In this document: positions 10,634 through 20,106 of the stretch, one piece after another
Layout: every line of letters begins with the position of its first letter
How positions within the stretch are numbered: position 1 is the first letter of the stretch
DNA from: Candidatus Poribacteria bacterium
GTDB taxonomy: Bacteria; Poribacteria; WGA-4E; WGA-3G
DNA: 64,000 nucleotides
Direction of reading: 5' to 3'
Assembly (NCBI GenBank): GCA_965214095.1
Contig: OZ243938.1
Span: 576,001 to 640,000, forward strand
The notes under the pieces: generated by a model
The model's database searches: none
What the model saw: the letters and a program-made list of their open reading frames with translations, nothing else
What the model was told of the DNA's origin: nothing
Made by a program: the position numbers and the translations under genes

Positions 10634-11836
10634 TTAGTGCAGAAATTGTGCATCCACTGCCTCACCTGCAGCCAGAGTCGCACCAGATGGAATAGTAATC
10701 AATCCGTTTGCTAACACAAGGGAATGGAGGATACCTGAACCTTGTGGTCCTGTTGTCTTAGCAGTATACTGTCCATCTTTCTCTGCGAGAATAGACCGCA
10801 TAAAATTAACACGACCATCTTTATTCGTAACATCAGTTTCCAGAACTGCTTTGAAAGTTTGACGTAGTAGATTGGTGTGACCTGCCATTTTCAAAATTGC
10901 CGGACGTACAAAGAGTTCAAATACAACAAGGGATGACACAGGATTTCCGGGTAAACCGAATACAGGCTTACCATCAATTTTACCATAAGCTTGCGGTTTA
11001 CCGGGTTTCATCGCAACACGCCAGAAATTCATCTTACCCAATTTCGTTAGGACATTTTTCACTATATCGTGTTCCCCGACAGAAACACCACCACTTGTGA
11101 TGAGCGCATCTGCTTTTGCTATTGATTCTCGAAAGATGCGTTCAGTCTCTGCTTCATCATCTGGAGCAATCCCCATATCAATTGGGATTCCTCCTGCATT
11201 CTGCACTTGGGCAAAAATACCATACCTGTTGCTATCGCGTATCTTTCCAGGTGCTAATGACTCACCAAGCGGAGTGAGTTCATCGCCTGTTGAGACAATA
11301 GCAACAGTTGGCTTTTTATGAACTGTTACCTCTGCACAATTGAGTGATGCAAGCATTGACACTTCTGGCGGACGAAGCACCTTTCCCGGCGACATAACAC
11401 TATCACCCTGTGAAACACTTTCTCCAGTAAAACGGACATTTTCATTTTCCTCAACACTATCAAAGATTGTAACTTTATCACCGTTGAGTTCGGTCACCTC
11501 TTGCATTACGACTGCATCAGCACCTTCAGGCATCATCGCACCTGTCATAATCCGTGCTGCTTCTCCAGAAGTAACCTGTTGAGATGGCGCATACCCAGCA
11601 GCAATTGTCTCAACAACTGATAACACAATTGGATTGTCTTTGGATGCATTTTGCACATCTGTTGCACGAACTGCAAAACCGTCCATAGCGGAGTTGTCAA
11701 ATGGTGGAATATTCTCTGTAGACTTCAATTCTTCCGCGAGAACATAATTCACACATTCTAATATCCCTCGCTTTTTTGTTGGTAAAACAGGGATCGTCTC
11801 TAACATCTGTTCTCGTGCTTCTTCAACACTTAGCAT
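10634..11836 (-). CDS. moeA: Molybdopterin molybdotransferase
   Basis: PPFDNSAMDGFA, IMTGA, STGDEL, SGGVSVG, MKPGKP, GLPGNPVS. Confidence 0.93.
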   Translation of the reverse strand: MLSVEEAREQMLETIPVLPTKKRGILECVNYVLAEELKSTENIPPFDNSAMDGFAVRATDVQNASKDNPIVLSVVETIAAGYAPSQQVTSGEAARIMTGAMMPEGADAVVMQEVTELNGDKVTIFDSVEENENVRFTGESVSQGDSVMSPGKVLRPPEVSMLASLNCAEVTVHKKPTVAIVSTGDELTPLGESLAPGKIRDSNRYGIFAQVQNAGGIPIDMGIAPDDEAETERIFRESIAKADALITSGGVSVGEHDIVKNVLTKLGKMNFWRVAMKPGKPQAYGKIDGKPVFGLPGNPVSSLVVFELFVRPAILKMAGHTNLLRQTFKAVLETDVTNKDGRVNFMRSILAEKDGQYTAKTTGPQGSGILHSLVLANGLITIPSGATLAAGEAVDAQFLH

Positions 11837-11870
11837 TTAATTTGCTCCAGTTCTTATATGTTATGATGTT

Positions 11871-12365
11871 TCATTCCGCATGCCCAATCAGTAGCACAGC
11901 CGCAGGCAAAGATGTTTCTTTCGTCTTAGCATAAACCCACGCAATACTATCTAAATCATCATCCGTTTCCAACTTTTGATACGGAAGATTCCATGCTTTG
12001 AGAGTCGGTTCAAGGAAGGTAGTAACAGAATCTACCCATTTACCATCTTCATCCCGATTATGATAACCACGGTATCCAATAAAAACAACAATAGGAATTT
12101 GCATATTAGAGACAGTGCCCCGGAATGCATCACCAGATTCAAGAAAACCTGTATTTTGAATAATTATCACAGGTTTCTTACCACCGATATATAAACCAGC
12201 AGCAATTGCAAACGCCTCTCCCTCACGCGTTACCGTAATCACCTCAATCTTTGGGTCTTCGCGCAACAACTCATATATTCGCGCACTGCCGTTATCAGGT
12301 ACACCAATTGCATGAGTAATGTTCTGTTTTTTCAACGCATCTACGATTTTTTGTGCTGATGCCAC
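11871..12365 (-). CDS. TPP enzyme N-terminal domain protein (sulfopyruvate/phosphonopyruvate decarboxylase alpha-like)
   Basis: GVPD, TREGEAFAIAAG, QNTGF, IGYRG. Confidence 0.75.
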   Translation of the reverse strand: MASAQKIVDALKKQNITHAIGVPDNGSARIYELLREDPKIEVITVTREGEAFAIAAGLYIGGKKPVIIIQNTGFLESGDAFRGTVSNMQIPIVVFIGYRGYHNRDEDGKWVDSVTTFLEPTLKAWNLPYQKLETDDDLDSIAWVYAKTKETSLPAAVLLIGHAE

Positions 12366-12386
12366 TTATGCTCCTCATTCATAGAA

Positions 12387-12412
12387 TTGGGTAGGTATAA
12401 ACACCTACCCAA
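12387..12412 (-). terminator. Hairpin downstream of acs
   Basis: TTGGGTAGGT-ATAAAC-ACCTACCCAA, a 10-bp stem. Confidence 0.45.
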
Positions 12413-12447
12413 ATAAATTTACAATATAATGCACCTATTAACCAGAT

Positions 12448-14391
12448 TTACTGTCTGCCTTCAACTAATGCGTCAACGACTGTTGGATCAGCAAGAGTGG
12501 AGGTATCACCGAGATTAGAGACATCACCTTCTGCAATCTTACGCAGAATACGTCGCATAATCTTACCTGATCGTGTTTTCGGCAATGCAGGTGTAAATTG
12601 AATCTTATCAGGTGTTGCAATAGGACCGATATGTTGTCTTACTGCCTGTTTTATCCCAGTCTCCACATCTTCTGATGCAGATTCTCCTGTCATAAGTGTG
12701 ACATACGCATAGATACCTTGACCTTTGATGTCATGCGGATATCCGACCACAGCCGCCTCAGCAACAGCATCATGCTGTCCAATCGCACCTTCTACCTCCG
12801 CAGTGCCTAATCTATGACCTGAGACATTTAACACATCGTCCACACGACCTGTAATCCAGTAATATCCATCCTCATCACGCAAAACGCCATCACCTGTCAT
12901 ATAGTAGCCGGGAAATCTCCGAAAATAAACATCAAGGAACCGTTCATGATCACCATATACCGTCCGCATAATTCCTGGCCAGGCAGTTTTGATGCAGAGA
13001 TAACCTGTCGCAGGATTACCTTCCACTTCCTTTCCTTCTTCATCTAAAATCACAGGTTCAATTCCGAAGAATGGGTATGTTGCAGAGCCGGGTTTCAGTG
13101 GCGTAGCAGCGGGTAGCGGCGTAATCAAAATACCACCAGTTTCTGTTTGCCACCATGTATCAATAATCGGACAACGTTCTTCACCGACGATATTGTAATA
13201 CCACAACCACTCAGGTTCCTTAATCGGTTCACCCACAGTTCCCAGCAATCTGAGCGTTGACCTGTCATATTTGTCTACCCACGTATCGCCTTCTTTCATC
13301 AAAGCGCGTAAGGCAGTCGGTGCTGTATAAAAGAGATTTATATCATGTTTTTCAACAACTTGCCAAAACCGTCCATAATCAGGATAGTTCGGCACGCCTT
13401 CAAACATTACGGTAATCGCACGATTCGCGAGTGGTCCATATATAATATATGAATGTCCAGTTATCCAACCGATATCTGCCGTACACCAATAGACATCTCC
13501 TTCATGGTAGTCAAATATCTGTTCATGTGTATATGAAGTATAAACCAGATACCCACCCGTCGTATGCAATACACCCTTCGGTTTTCCAGTAGAACCTGAA
13601 GTATAAAGGATGAAAAGTGGATCTTCTGCATCCATTACTTCTGCTTCACATTCAGTACTGGCTGTTTCCATGGCTTCATGCCACCATATATCGCGCTTTT
13701 CATCAAAATCTACTTCGTCCCCCGTGCGTTTCACAACAACCGTTTTTTCAATAGATGGACAATTCACCACAGCGGCATCAGCATTCGCTTTCATCGGAAT
13801 ATCGCTCCGTGCACCTCGCATTGCAGTATCTTGTGTAATCAATAACTTACAAGCGGAATCGTTGATCCGATCTCTTAATGCCTCAGCAGAAAATGCGCCA
13901 AATACAATGGAATGTACAGCACCAATTCTTGCACAGGCCAACATTGCGACTGCTAATTCTGGCACCATTTGTAAATAGATACAGACACGGTCTCCCTTTT
14001 CAATCCCTTGTGCCTTCAAAACGTTGGCAAACTTTTTCACTTCTACAAGGAGTTCATTAAAACTGTAGGTCTTATCTTCAGATGGGTCGTTGCCTTCCCA
14101 GATAATTGCGGTCTCATCACCGTGTCCAGCATCCACATGTCTATCAAGGCAGTTATAACATGCATTGAGTGACCCACCTTCAAACCATTTTATCTCTGCT
14201 TTTACAAAATCGTAATCCCGAACAGTATCCCATTTTTCAAACCACGTCAACCGTTCAGCAATTTTTGCCCAAAATCCCTCTGGGTCTTTAATTGAATCAG
14301 CATAACGTTCCTGGTACACTTCCAAACTATTGACGTGCGCACCACCAATAGGATATGTAGTCTCATTCGGTGGAAATATATTATTAGCCAT
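12448..14391 (-). CDS. acs: Acetyl-CoA synthetase
   Basis: [38 protein letters not shown]. Confidence 0.95.
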   Translation of the reverse strand: MANNIFPPNETTYPIGGAHVNSLEVYQERYADSIKDPEGFWAKIAERLTWFEKWDTVRDYDFVKAEIKWFEGGSLNACYNCLDRHVDAGHGDETAIIWEGNDPSEDKTYSFNELLVEVKKFANVLKAQGIEKGDRVCIYLQMVPELAVAMLACARIGAVHSIVFGAFSAEALRDRINDSACKLLITQDTAMRGARSDIPMKANADAAVVNCPSIEKTVVVKRTGDEVDFDEKRDIWWHEAMETASTECEAEVMDAEDPLFILYTSGSTGKPKGVLHTTGGYLVYTSYTHEQIFDYHEGDVYWCTADIGWITGHSYIIYGPLANRAITVMFEGVPNYPDYGRFWQVVEKHDINLFYTAPTALRALMKEGDTWVDKYDRSTLRLLGTVGEPIKEPEWLWYYNIVGEERCPIIDTWWQTETGGILITPLPAATPLKPGSATYPFFGIEPVILDEEGKEVEGNPATGYLCIKTAWPGIMRTVYGDHERFLDVYFRRFPGYYMTGDGVLRDEDGYYWITGRVDDVLNVSGHRLGTAEVEGAIGQHDAVAEAAVVGYPHDIKGQGIYAYVTLMTGESASEDVETGIKQAVRQHIGPIATPDKIQFTPALPKTRSGKIMRRILRKIAEGDVSNLGDTSTLADPTVVDALVEGRQ

Positions 14392-14460
14392 TTTATATTT
14401 TCATCTCCTCTAAAATCAATCTGCGGTTCTCAAAACGCCTCTACAAGTTGCAACGGACAT

Positions 14461-14489
14461 ATTTTATAGAAAAACAGTGTGGATGTCAA
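14461..14489 (-). promoter_or_regulatory. Sigma70-type promoter of acs
   Basis: Minus strand TTGACA-17 nt-TAAAAT. Confidence 0.65.
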
Positions 14490-14697
14490 CTGCAATTAGA
14501 GGGTATTTGTATCAGAACGTGAGTTTATAATCCCGGGGAATGCCAAAGGGCATTCATACCGTTGATTTCCAAATCTACTAATCCTGAAAATCCTGGTTCA
14601 GACAATAGGAATATATACCGATAATAGATCTAACGTTTGTGAATAATATTGAACAAATATCTTAAAACTAAATAATCTTACCAACAAGAGAATAAAT

Positions 14698-14726
14698 TTG
14701 ACTTTGCAGGTAAGATATACTATAAT
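14698..14726 (+). promoter_or_regulatory. Sigma70-type promoter of Rrf2-cysK-cysH operon with overlapping inverted repeat
   Basis: TTGACT-17 nt-TATAAT. ATCTTACC (14675-14682) and GGTAAGAT (14709-14716) form an inverted repeat around the -35. Confidence 0.7.
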
Positions 14727-14767
14727 TATTGTCAACTGAATTGGTTAGGATTAAAAAGGGGGAGTAG

Positions 14768-15205
14768 ATGCATTTATCAGCAAAGTTAAAATATGCAATA
14801 TGTGCAATGTTAGAACTCGGTCTGCATTATCGAAAAGAATATGTTTCGGTTACAGTGATTGCGGAAACACGAAGTATTCCTAGACCCTTTTTGGAAAAAC
14901 TACTATTACAACTCAAGGAAGCTGGGCTGACAAAAAGCCGTCGGGGTCCTGACGGTGGGTATAGTTTAGCACTAGCTCCTGAAAAAATACGCGTTGGTGA
15001 TATATTTACTGCTGTAGAAGGTCCCGTAAATTTCACTGATGGATTTGAAGCACAAGAATCGTATGAATTAGTTACGTTCTTTGCAGAGATTGAAGAAAAT
15101 GTTCGAGAAGTGTTAAATTCAAAAACACTTCAAGAACTATGTACTCATGCTCGTAAATATAAAAAACTAACACAACCAACCCATTCGCACCCGTTCTTTA
15201 TATGA
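14768..15205 (+). CDS. Rrf2 family regulator (CymR-like, no Fe-S Cys triad)
   Basis: FLEKLL..LK.AGL..SRRGPDGGYSL; ATGA overlap with cysK. Confidence 0.88.
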   Translation: MHLSAKLKYAICAMLELGLHYRKEYVSVTVIAETRSIPRPFLEKLLLQLKEAGLTKSRRGPDGGYSLALAPEKIRVGDIFTAVEGPVNFTDGFEAQESYELVTFFAEIEENVREVLNSKTLQELCTHARKYKKLTQPTHSHPFFI

Positions 15206-16152
15206 AAATCGCGAAAAACCTGACAAAACTTATCGGGAATACACCTATGGTTCGGTTGAATTCCCTTCCAGTTAAAGATGGCGCGTCTATTTACGCAAAG
15301 TTAGAATCCTATAACCCCGGAGGCAGCATCAAAGATCGTATCAGTTATGGCATGATAGTTGATGCCGAACAACGCGGTATTCTTAAACCTGGTGATACAA
15401 TAGTTGAACCAACAGCAGGAAATACTGGAATCGGCCTGTCTATCGTTGGTGTCGCATGTGGGTATCAAGTCATTCTAACTATGCCAGAATATGTTAGTAG
15501 TGAAAAATATGCACTCCTTTCCGCTTTCGGAGCAGAAATAGTGTTAACGCCAGAACATGGCGGTATGGCAAGTGCCATTTGGGAAGCAGAAGAAATTCTT
15601 CGTCGAAATACTCGACATTATATGCCTAACCAATTTACAAATCCTGCAAACCCCAAAATTCATAGGGAGACAACAGCGGTTGAAATCCTCAATGCTACTG
15701 ACAAATTGATAGATTATTTTGTACTCGGTGTAGGAACAGGTGGCACATTAACCGGTGTAGGTGAAGTGCTAAAAGCACATAATCCAAAGACAAAGATAGT
15801 TGCGGTTGAACCATCTGTTTCATCCGTTCTATCAGGCGGTATGCCCGGTCCAACACGCATTGATGGACTTGGCGCAGGAATGATACCTGAAGTATTGAAT
15901 GTAGATATTATTGATGATGTAATTACTGTTTCAGAAGAAATAGCATATCAGACGATGAAAGAAATATCAAAAAAAGAAGGGTTGTTAGTCGGTATGTCCT
16001 CTGGAGCAAATGTATATGCGTCATTGCAGATTGCAAAAACTTTGGGACCTGACAAGACTGTAGTTACTATACTCCCTGATACTGGTGAAAGGTATTTTAG
16101 CTTAAGCCGATATTTTGAACTTGAAACCGATATAATGGAAACTCTATCATAG
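15202..16152 (+). CDS. cysK: Cysteine synthase A
   Basis: KLESYNPGGSIKDR, EPTAGNTG, GVGTGGT, PDTGERY. Confidence 0.92.
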   Translation: MKIAKNLTKLIGNTPMVRLNSLPVKDGASIYAKLESYNPGGSIKDRISYGMIVDAEQRGILKPGDTIVEPTAGNTGIGLSIVGVACGYQVILTMPEYVSSEKYALLSAFGAEIVLTPEHGGMASAIWEAEEILRRNTRHYMPNQFTNPANPKIHRETTAVEILNATDKLIDYFVLGVGTGGTLTGVGEVLKAHNPKTKIVAVEPSVSSVLSGGMPGPTRIDGLGAGMIPEVLNVDIIDDVITVSEEIAYQTMKEISKKEGLLVGMSSGANVYASLQIAKTLGPDKTVVTILPDTGERYFSLSRYFELETDIMETLS

Positions 16153-16178
16153 TAGATATAGGTAGGTAAACAAACGAA

Positions 16179-16937
16179 ATGACATTTCAGATTCAGAATG
16201 CTTCAATGGTAGAATTGAAGAAACAGGTAAATCTAATTGAGAATCCTCAAGATGTTCTTTTTACCATATTTAAGCAGTTCAGTCATCGTGCAGCAATTGT
16301 TACAAGTGGTCAGTTGACCGGTATGGTTCAAATACATCTTGCAGCAGAAAATAATATACCATTCCGCGTCTGCACTATTGACACATTAAGACTGTTTCCA
16401 GAGACCTATACTTTCTTTGAGAAAGTTGAAGCACGCTACGGGGTTGACATAGAACGGATCAAACCTGATAATTCTGAAGTAGAAAAAATGGTTTCAGAAC
16501 ACGGTGAATTCCTGTTCTTTGATAGCAGAGCAAAGCAGAAATTTTGTTGTGAAATCCGTAAGATAAACCCCATGCAACGTTTGTTAGAATCATTAGACAT
16601 TTGGATAACCGGCACGCGTCATGATCAATCTGAAGATAGACAAAAGTTCAAAAAAGTAGAAACAATATCTTCAGCTTCACACCCTATTCTTAAAGTAAGT
16701 CCATTAATTGATTGGACGACTGAACAGGTATGGAAATTTGTTATAGAAAACGAAGTTCCTATAAACCCGCTTTTTCTACCAGATTCCAACGGCCATTACT
16801 TCGAATCACTCGGTTGTATGACATGCACAACGCGTATCCGACCAGGAGAACCAAAACGCGCAGGCAGATGGCGTTGGCAAAACAAAATGGAAACTGAAGA
16901 TAATAACAAAGAGTGTGGGTTACACTACGCAATATGA
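16179..16937 (+). CDS. cysH: APS/PAPS reductase (Fe-S APS-reductase type)
   Basis: IDTLRLFPETY, CC..RK, SLGCMTCT, RAGRW, KECGLH. Confidence 0.88.
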   Translation: MTFQIQNASMVELKKQVNLIENPQDVLFTIFKQFSHRAAIVTSGQLTGMVQIHLAAENNIPFRVCTIDTLRLFPETYTFFEKVEARYGVDIERIKPDNSEVEKMVSEHGEFLFFDSRAKQKFCCEIRKINPMQRLLESLDIWITGTRHDQSEDRQKFKKVETISSASHPILKVSPLIDWTTEQVWKFVIENEVPINPLFLPDSNGHYFESLGCMTCTTRIRPGEPKRAGRWRWQNKMETEDNNKECGLHYAI

Positions 16938-17026
16938 TTGATGTACATTGGTGGATCCAAACTACCACTAATAAGAAATAGAAAATAGATACGGTGTCTG
17001 TAGACTGACACGAAAAAGGAGGAAAT

Positions 17027-17302
17027 ATGGCAGTAACAGTACGAATACCGACCCCGTTGAGACGCTTGACACAGAATCTCGCGGAGGTTGAAGCAGAAGG
17101 TGCTGATATTCAAACCATCATAGATAATTTGGAAACAGAGTACCCTGGAATGAAGGAACGGATCTGTGATGATGGCGGCAACATACGTCGATTTGTAAAT
17201 ATCTATCTCAATGACGAAGATATTCGATTCCTTGATGGAAAAGAAACGCCTGTTACAGATGGTGCTGAAATATCAATAATTCCCGCCATTGCTGGTGGCT
17301 AA
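17027..17302 (+). CDS. MoaD/ThiS/CysO ubiquitin-like sulfur carrier
   Basis: VRIPTPLR...RRFVNIYLN.EDIR...IIPAIAGG C-terminal diglycine. Confidence 0.92.
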   Translation: MAVTVRIPTPLRRLTQNLAEVEAEGADIQTIIDNLETEYPGMKERICDDGGNIRRFVNIYLNDEDIRFLDGKETPVTDGAEISIIPAIAGG

Positions 17303-17325
17303 ATCATTTCATAACAACACATGTG

Positions 17326-17464
17326 ATAATGCTGTGTCTATTTTGAATCGTATGTTTTGGTGATGTTCATAAGTTGGAATTACTACTTACAATACTCAAT
17401 ACCTCTGTAGGAGTAATCTCCGAATTAAGACCATAATTCACCTATATTGGTGACACAGCATTAT
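17326..17464. mobile_element. MITE-like element with 13-bp perfect TIRs
   Basis: ATAATGCTGTGTC ... GACACAGCATTAT; degenerate GTAGGAG REP-like core near 17407. Confidence 0.55.
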
Positions 17465-17644
17465 ATACAATTTACATTCTTTAGCAATATTCTAAACCCC
17501 ACCCTTCATCACAGATTCAGTAAATCCATGAAACATGACTAAGCATGACTATTACCTATTCGTGAAGTTAACACCACATTATTCAATTGACCTAAGTTGT
17601 ATGCATCAGAAGGACTTTAGAAGTGTCTTCGGAGTTATTCCTTC

Positions 17645-18100
17645 ATGAACCGTTTTAATTCAAAGAATAAATTACAAATCAATGTATATATTCTGACACT
17701 ATTAGCGTTGACACTGACTATCTTTCTATTTTCATGTAGTGAGAAACCAATGAAACAAGAAACAATATTGATTGAAGATGACGAATATATGTATCTGGCG
17801 AAAGTTTTAAATGGATATTCTGAATCAGACAAACAAATAAAAGTCTACATCTTCAATGAGAAAATACGAGAAAAAATTGGGAACTCAATCCCAAATAGTA
17901 AGTTGGCTGCAAAAAGGACTGAACCCGAAAATGGATGGGGAACCCATCAACTTGCATTACAATATTACTGGAATGAAGAATGGATTTATTCTGAGAATGT
18001 AGTTGAATTTGAAGAATACTTTCTTATCCCAATTGAAGACGGAAAAGATAGAGAAATTGAACTAAAAAACATACGCATCCCAATCCCTGTTCAACGATAA
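17645..18100 (+). CDS. Hypothetical lipoprotein
   Basis: Hydrophobic signal followed by LFSC lipobox; 151 aa. Confidence 0.6.
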   Translation: MNRFNSKNKLQINVYILTLLALTLTIFLFSCSEKPMKQETILIEDDEYMYLAKVLNGYSESDKQIKVYIFNEKIREKIGNSIPNSKLAAKRTEPENGWGTHQLALQYYWNEEWIYSENVVEFEEYFLIPIEDGKDREIELKNIRIPIPVQR

Positions 18101-18154
18101 CAAAATCGATAAATCAATATATAATCAATACCCATCCATGTTTTATGAAATTAA

Positions 18155-19306
18155 ATGTTAGGAAGGACACTTAAATCTATGGAAAAATTGAAGTCTGCTC
18201 TTATCATAACACTCTCTCTCATTTTGATGAGTACTATTATATGTGCCATTCCTGCTGATGCCCAAACTGTCCATGCACTCTTGGTTATAATGGATGACGA
18301 TCCGAGAATAGGGACTAATGTGAAAGTTGACCGAAAAAATATCGTCCAACTCTTAGGTTCTATTGAAAACGAATTATGTGAAGTAAATACAACAACTCTG
18401 CTGAGTTCCAAAGATCAGGCAACACGAGACGGTGTATTACAATGGATTCGGAGTGTGAATACTGAGAAAAACGACATCCTCTTTATTTATTATGCTGGAC
18501 ACGGTGGTATGAACGACAAAGAGCAGACTTTTCTCGTTACTGAAGGAAAATGGCTATTTCGTTCAGAACTTGTCAATGCCATTGAACAGGTGAAATCTCC
18601 TCGACTGACACTGCTCATTACAGATTGTTGTAGTAGTCTTGTCTCACAAAAATTAGATCCTAACCTACAAAGCAGTCGAAGCATGACCCGTCTAACCGAG
18701 AAAATCTTGCGTAATCTGTTCATTGAACATCAAGGTTTCCTACATATAACTGCTGCAACTGAAAAGCAATATGGGTGGAGTAACATTGTAACAGGAGGTT
18801 GGTTCACCAACAACTTTATTAAGGCATTAAACAGTAATCCAGATAAGAATAGTGATAGTTTTCTTACATGGAAAGAAGTGTTTGAAACAGCACGTCAAAA
18901 CACTGAAAAAACCTTCAGTCAGGCAACTTTCACAACTTCACAACTGCAAGACATGAGACGAAAAGGTATTACCAGCCAAACGCCAAAAGCATATTCGTTT
19001 CCTACTCCACTCAATGTATCATCAAACGACGAAAAAGAGACTGTCAACTACATTTTTTTAGCAATTGTACTATTTACCTTATTCATTTCAAGCCGCATAT
19101 CTCGAAGTTTGAAAAAACAACATGTTGGCAGAAGAAAGTTGAGTTCTCATAGAAGTAAAGCATGGGGTGTTTTTGCTATAGAAGTATTAACATGGCTTGG
19201 TTTCAACATTTTTTGGACGTTTTTCAGTTCAAATTGGTGGGTTGTCATTATCAGTATTGTCTTAATTCTGATGATTCTTACAAGAAGATCAAAAGGGTAT
19301 GCATAA
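18155..19306 (+). CDS. Caspase-like (C14) peptidase with signal peptide and C-terminal TM anchor
   Basis: YYAGHG and ITDCCS dyad motifs, GGWFT; three hydrophobic C-terminal helices. Confidence 0.8.
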   Translation: MLGRTLKSMEKLKSALIITLSLILMSTIICAIPADAQTVHALLVIMDDDPRIGTNVKVDRKNIVQLLGSIENELCEVNTTTLLSSKDQATRDGVLQWIRSVNTEKNDILFIYYAGHGGMNDKEQTFLVTEGKWLFRSELVNAIEQVKSPRLTLLITDCCSSLVSQKLDPNLQSSRSMTRLTEKILRNLFIEHQGFLHITAATEKQYGWSNIVTGGWFTNNFIKALNSNPDKNSDSFLTWKEVFETARQNTEKTFSQATFTTSQLQDMRRKGITSQTPKAYSFPTPLNVSSNDEKETVNYIFLAIVLFTLFISSRISRSLKKQHVGRRKLSSHRSKAWGVFAIEVLTWLGFNIFWTFFSSNWWVVIISIVLILMILTRRSKGYA

Positions 19307-19314
19307 AAAAATAG

Positions 19315-19812
19315 GTGTATATACTCTACAAAAATATGGTAACACTATTCAGAAAAACAATGGATGAAATCTGTGAACATGCTAAAGCAGATTTTCCTGA
19401 TGAATGTTGTGGAATGATTTTGCATACGGATACACAAGAATTTGTCAGACCTTGCCGCAATATCCAAAATCAGATGCATAAGGATGACCCAGATACCTAT
19501 ACGCGTGATGCACGGACAGCATACCTAATGCACCCTGATGATCTAATCACAATACATAAGGAAGCAGAGACACAAGACCGACCAATTAAAGCATTTTACC
19601 ATTCACATCCAAACCACGAGGCATACTTCTCAGAAAAGGACAAAGCAGATGCATTGGTGTGGGGTGAACCCGCATATCCAGGAGTAGCATACATCGTCAT
19701 ATCAATATACGAAGACACTATACGCGTTGTTAAAGCCTTTGCGTGGGATGAAGACACATCAGATTTTATTGAAGTTTCGGTTCAAACAACACAATCAGGA
19801 GCAAAAAAATGA
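19315..19812 (+). CDS. mec: JAB/M67 metallopeptidase (Mec/CysO-cysteine peptidase-like)
   Basis: PDECCG, YHSHP...FSEKD JAMM motif. Confidence 0.85.
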   Translation: MYILYKNMVTLFRKTMDEICEHAKADFPDECCGMILHTDTQEFVRPCRNIQNQMHKDDPDTYTRDARTAYLMHPDDLITIHKEAETQDRPIKAFYHSHPNHEAYFSEKDKADALVWGEPAYPGVAYIVISIYEDTIRVVKAFAWDEDTSDFIEVSVQTTQSGAKK

Positions 19813-20048
19813 AAGCATTAAAAGTACGGCTCACTTTTCCAACAGACAAAATCACTGAACCAATAATTTACAACATTGGACACAAATATAATGTGGTCAC
19901 AAATATCCGTCGCGCAAATGTTACCGAGGAAACCGGATGGGTGATATTAGAGATGCAAGCCACAGCAGAACAACTTGAACTTGCTATTCACTACCTAAAA
20001 AACATTAATGTCCAAGTTGAACCTGTTGAAGGTGATGTTGTACAATAA
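19809..20048 (+). CDS. NIL domain protein
   Basis: LTFP...EPIIY...TNIRRANV...GWVILE...VEPVEGDVV. Confidence 0.85.
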   Translation: MKALKVRLTFPTDKITEPIIYNIGHKYNVVTNIRRANVTEETGWVILEMQATAEQLELAIHYLKNINVQVEPVEGDVVQ

Positions 20049-20106
20049 AGTCTTCATTCTACATTGTATACAATTTGGTTGTTAGCAAGAGACTCTGACA
20101 AACATC

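Noticed and set aside
14575-14606. AATCCTGAAAATCCTGGTTCAGACA short repeat-like motif
   Set aside because: It resembles a dispersed repeat but is single-copy here, so it cannot be supported within the window.
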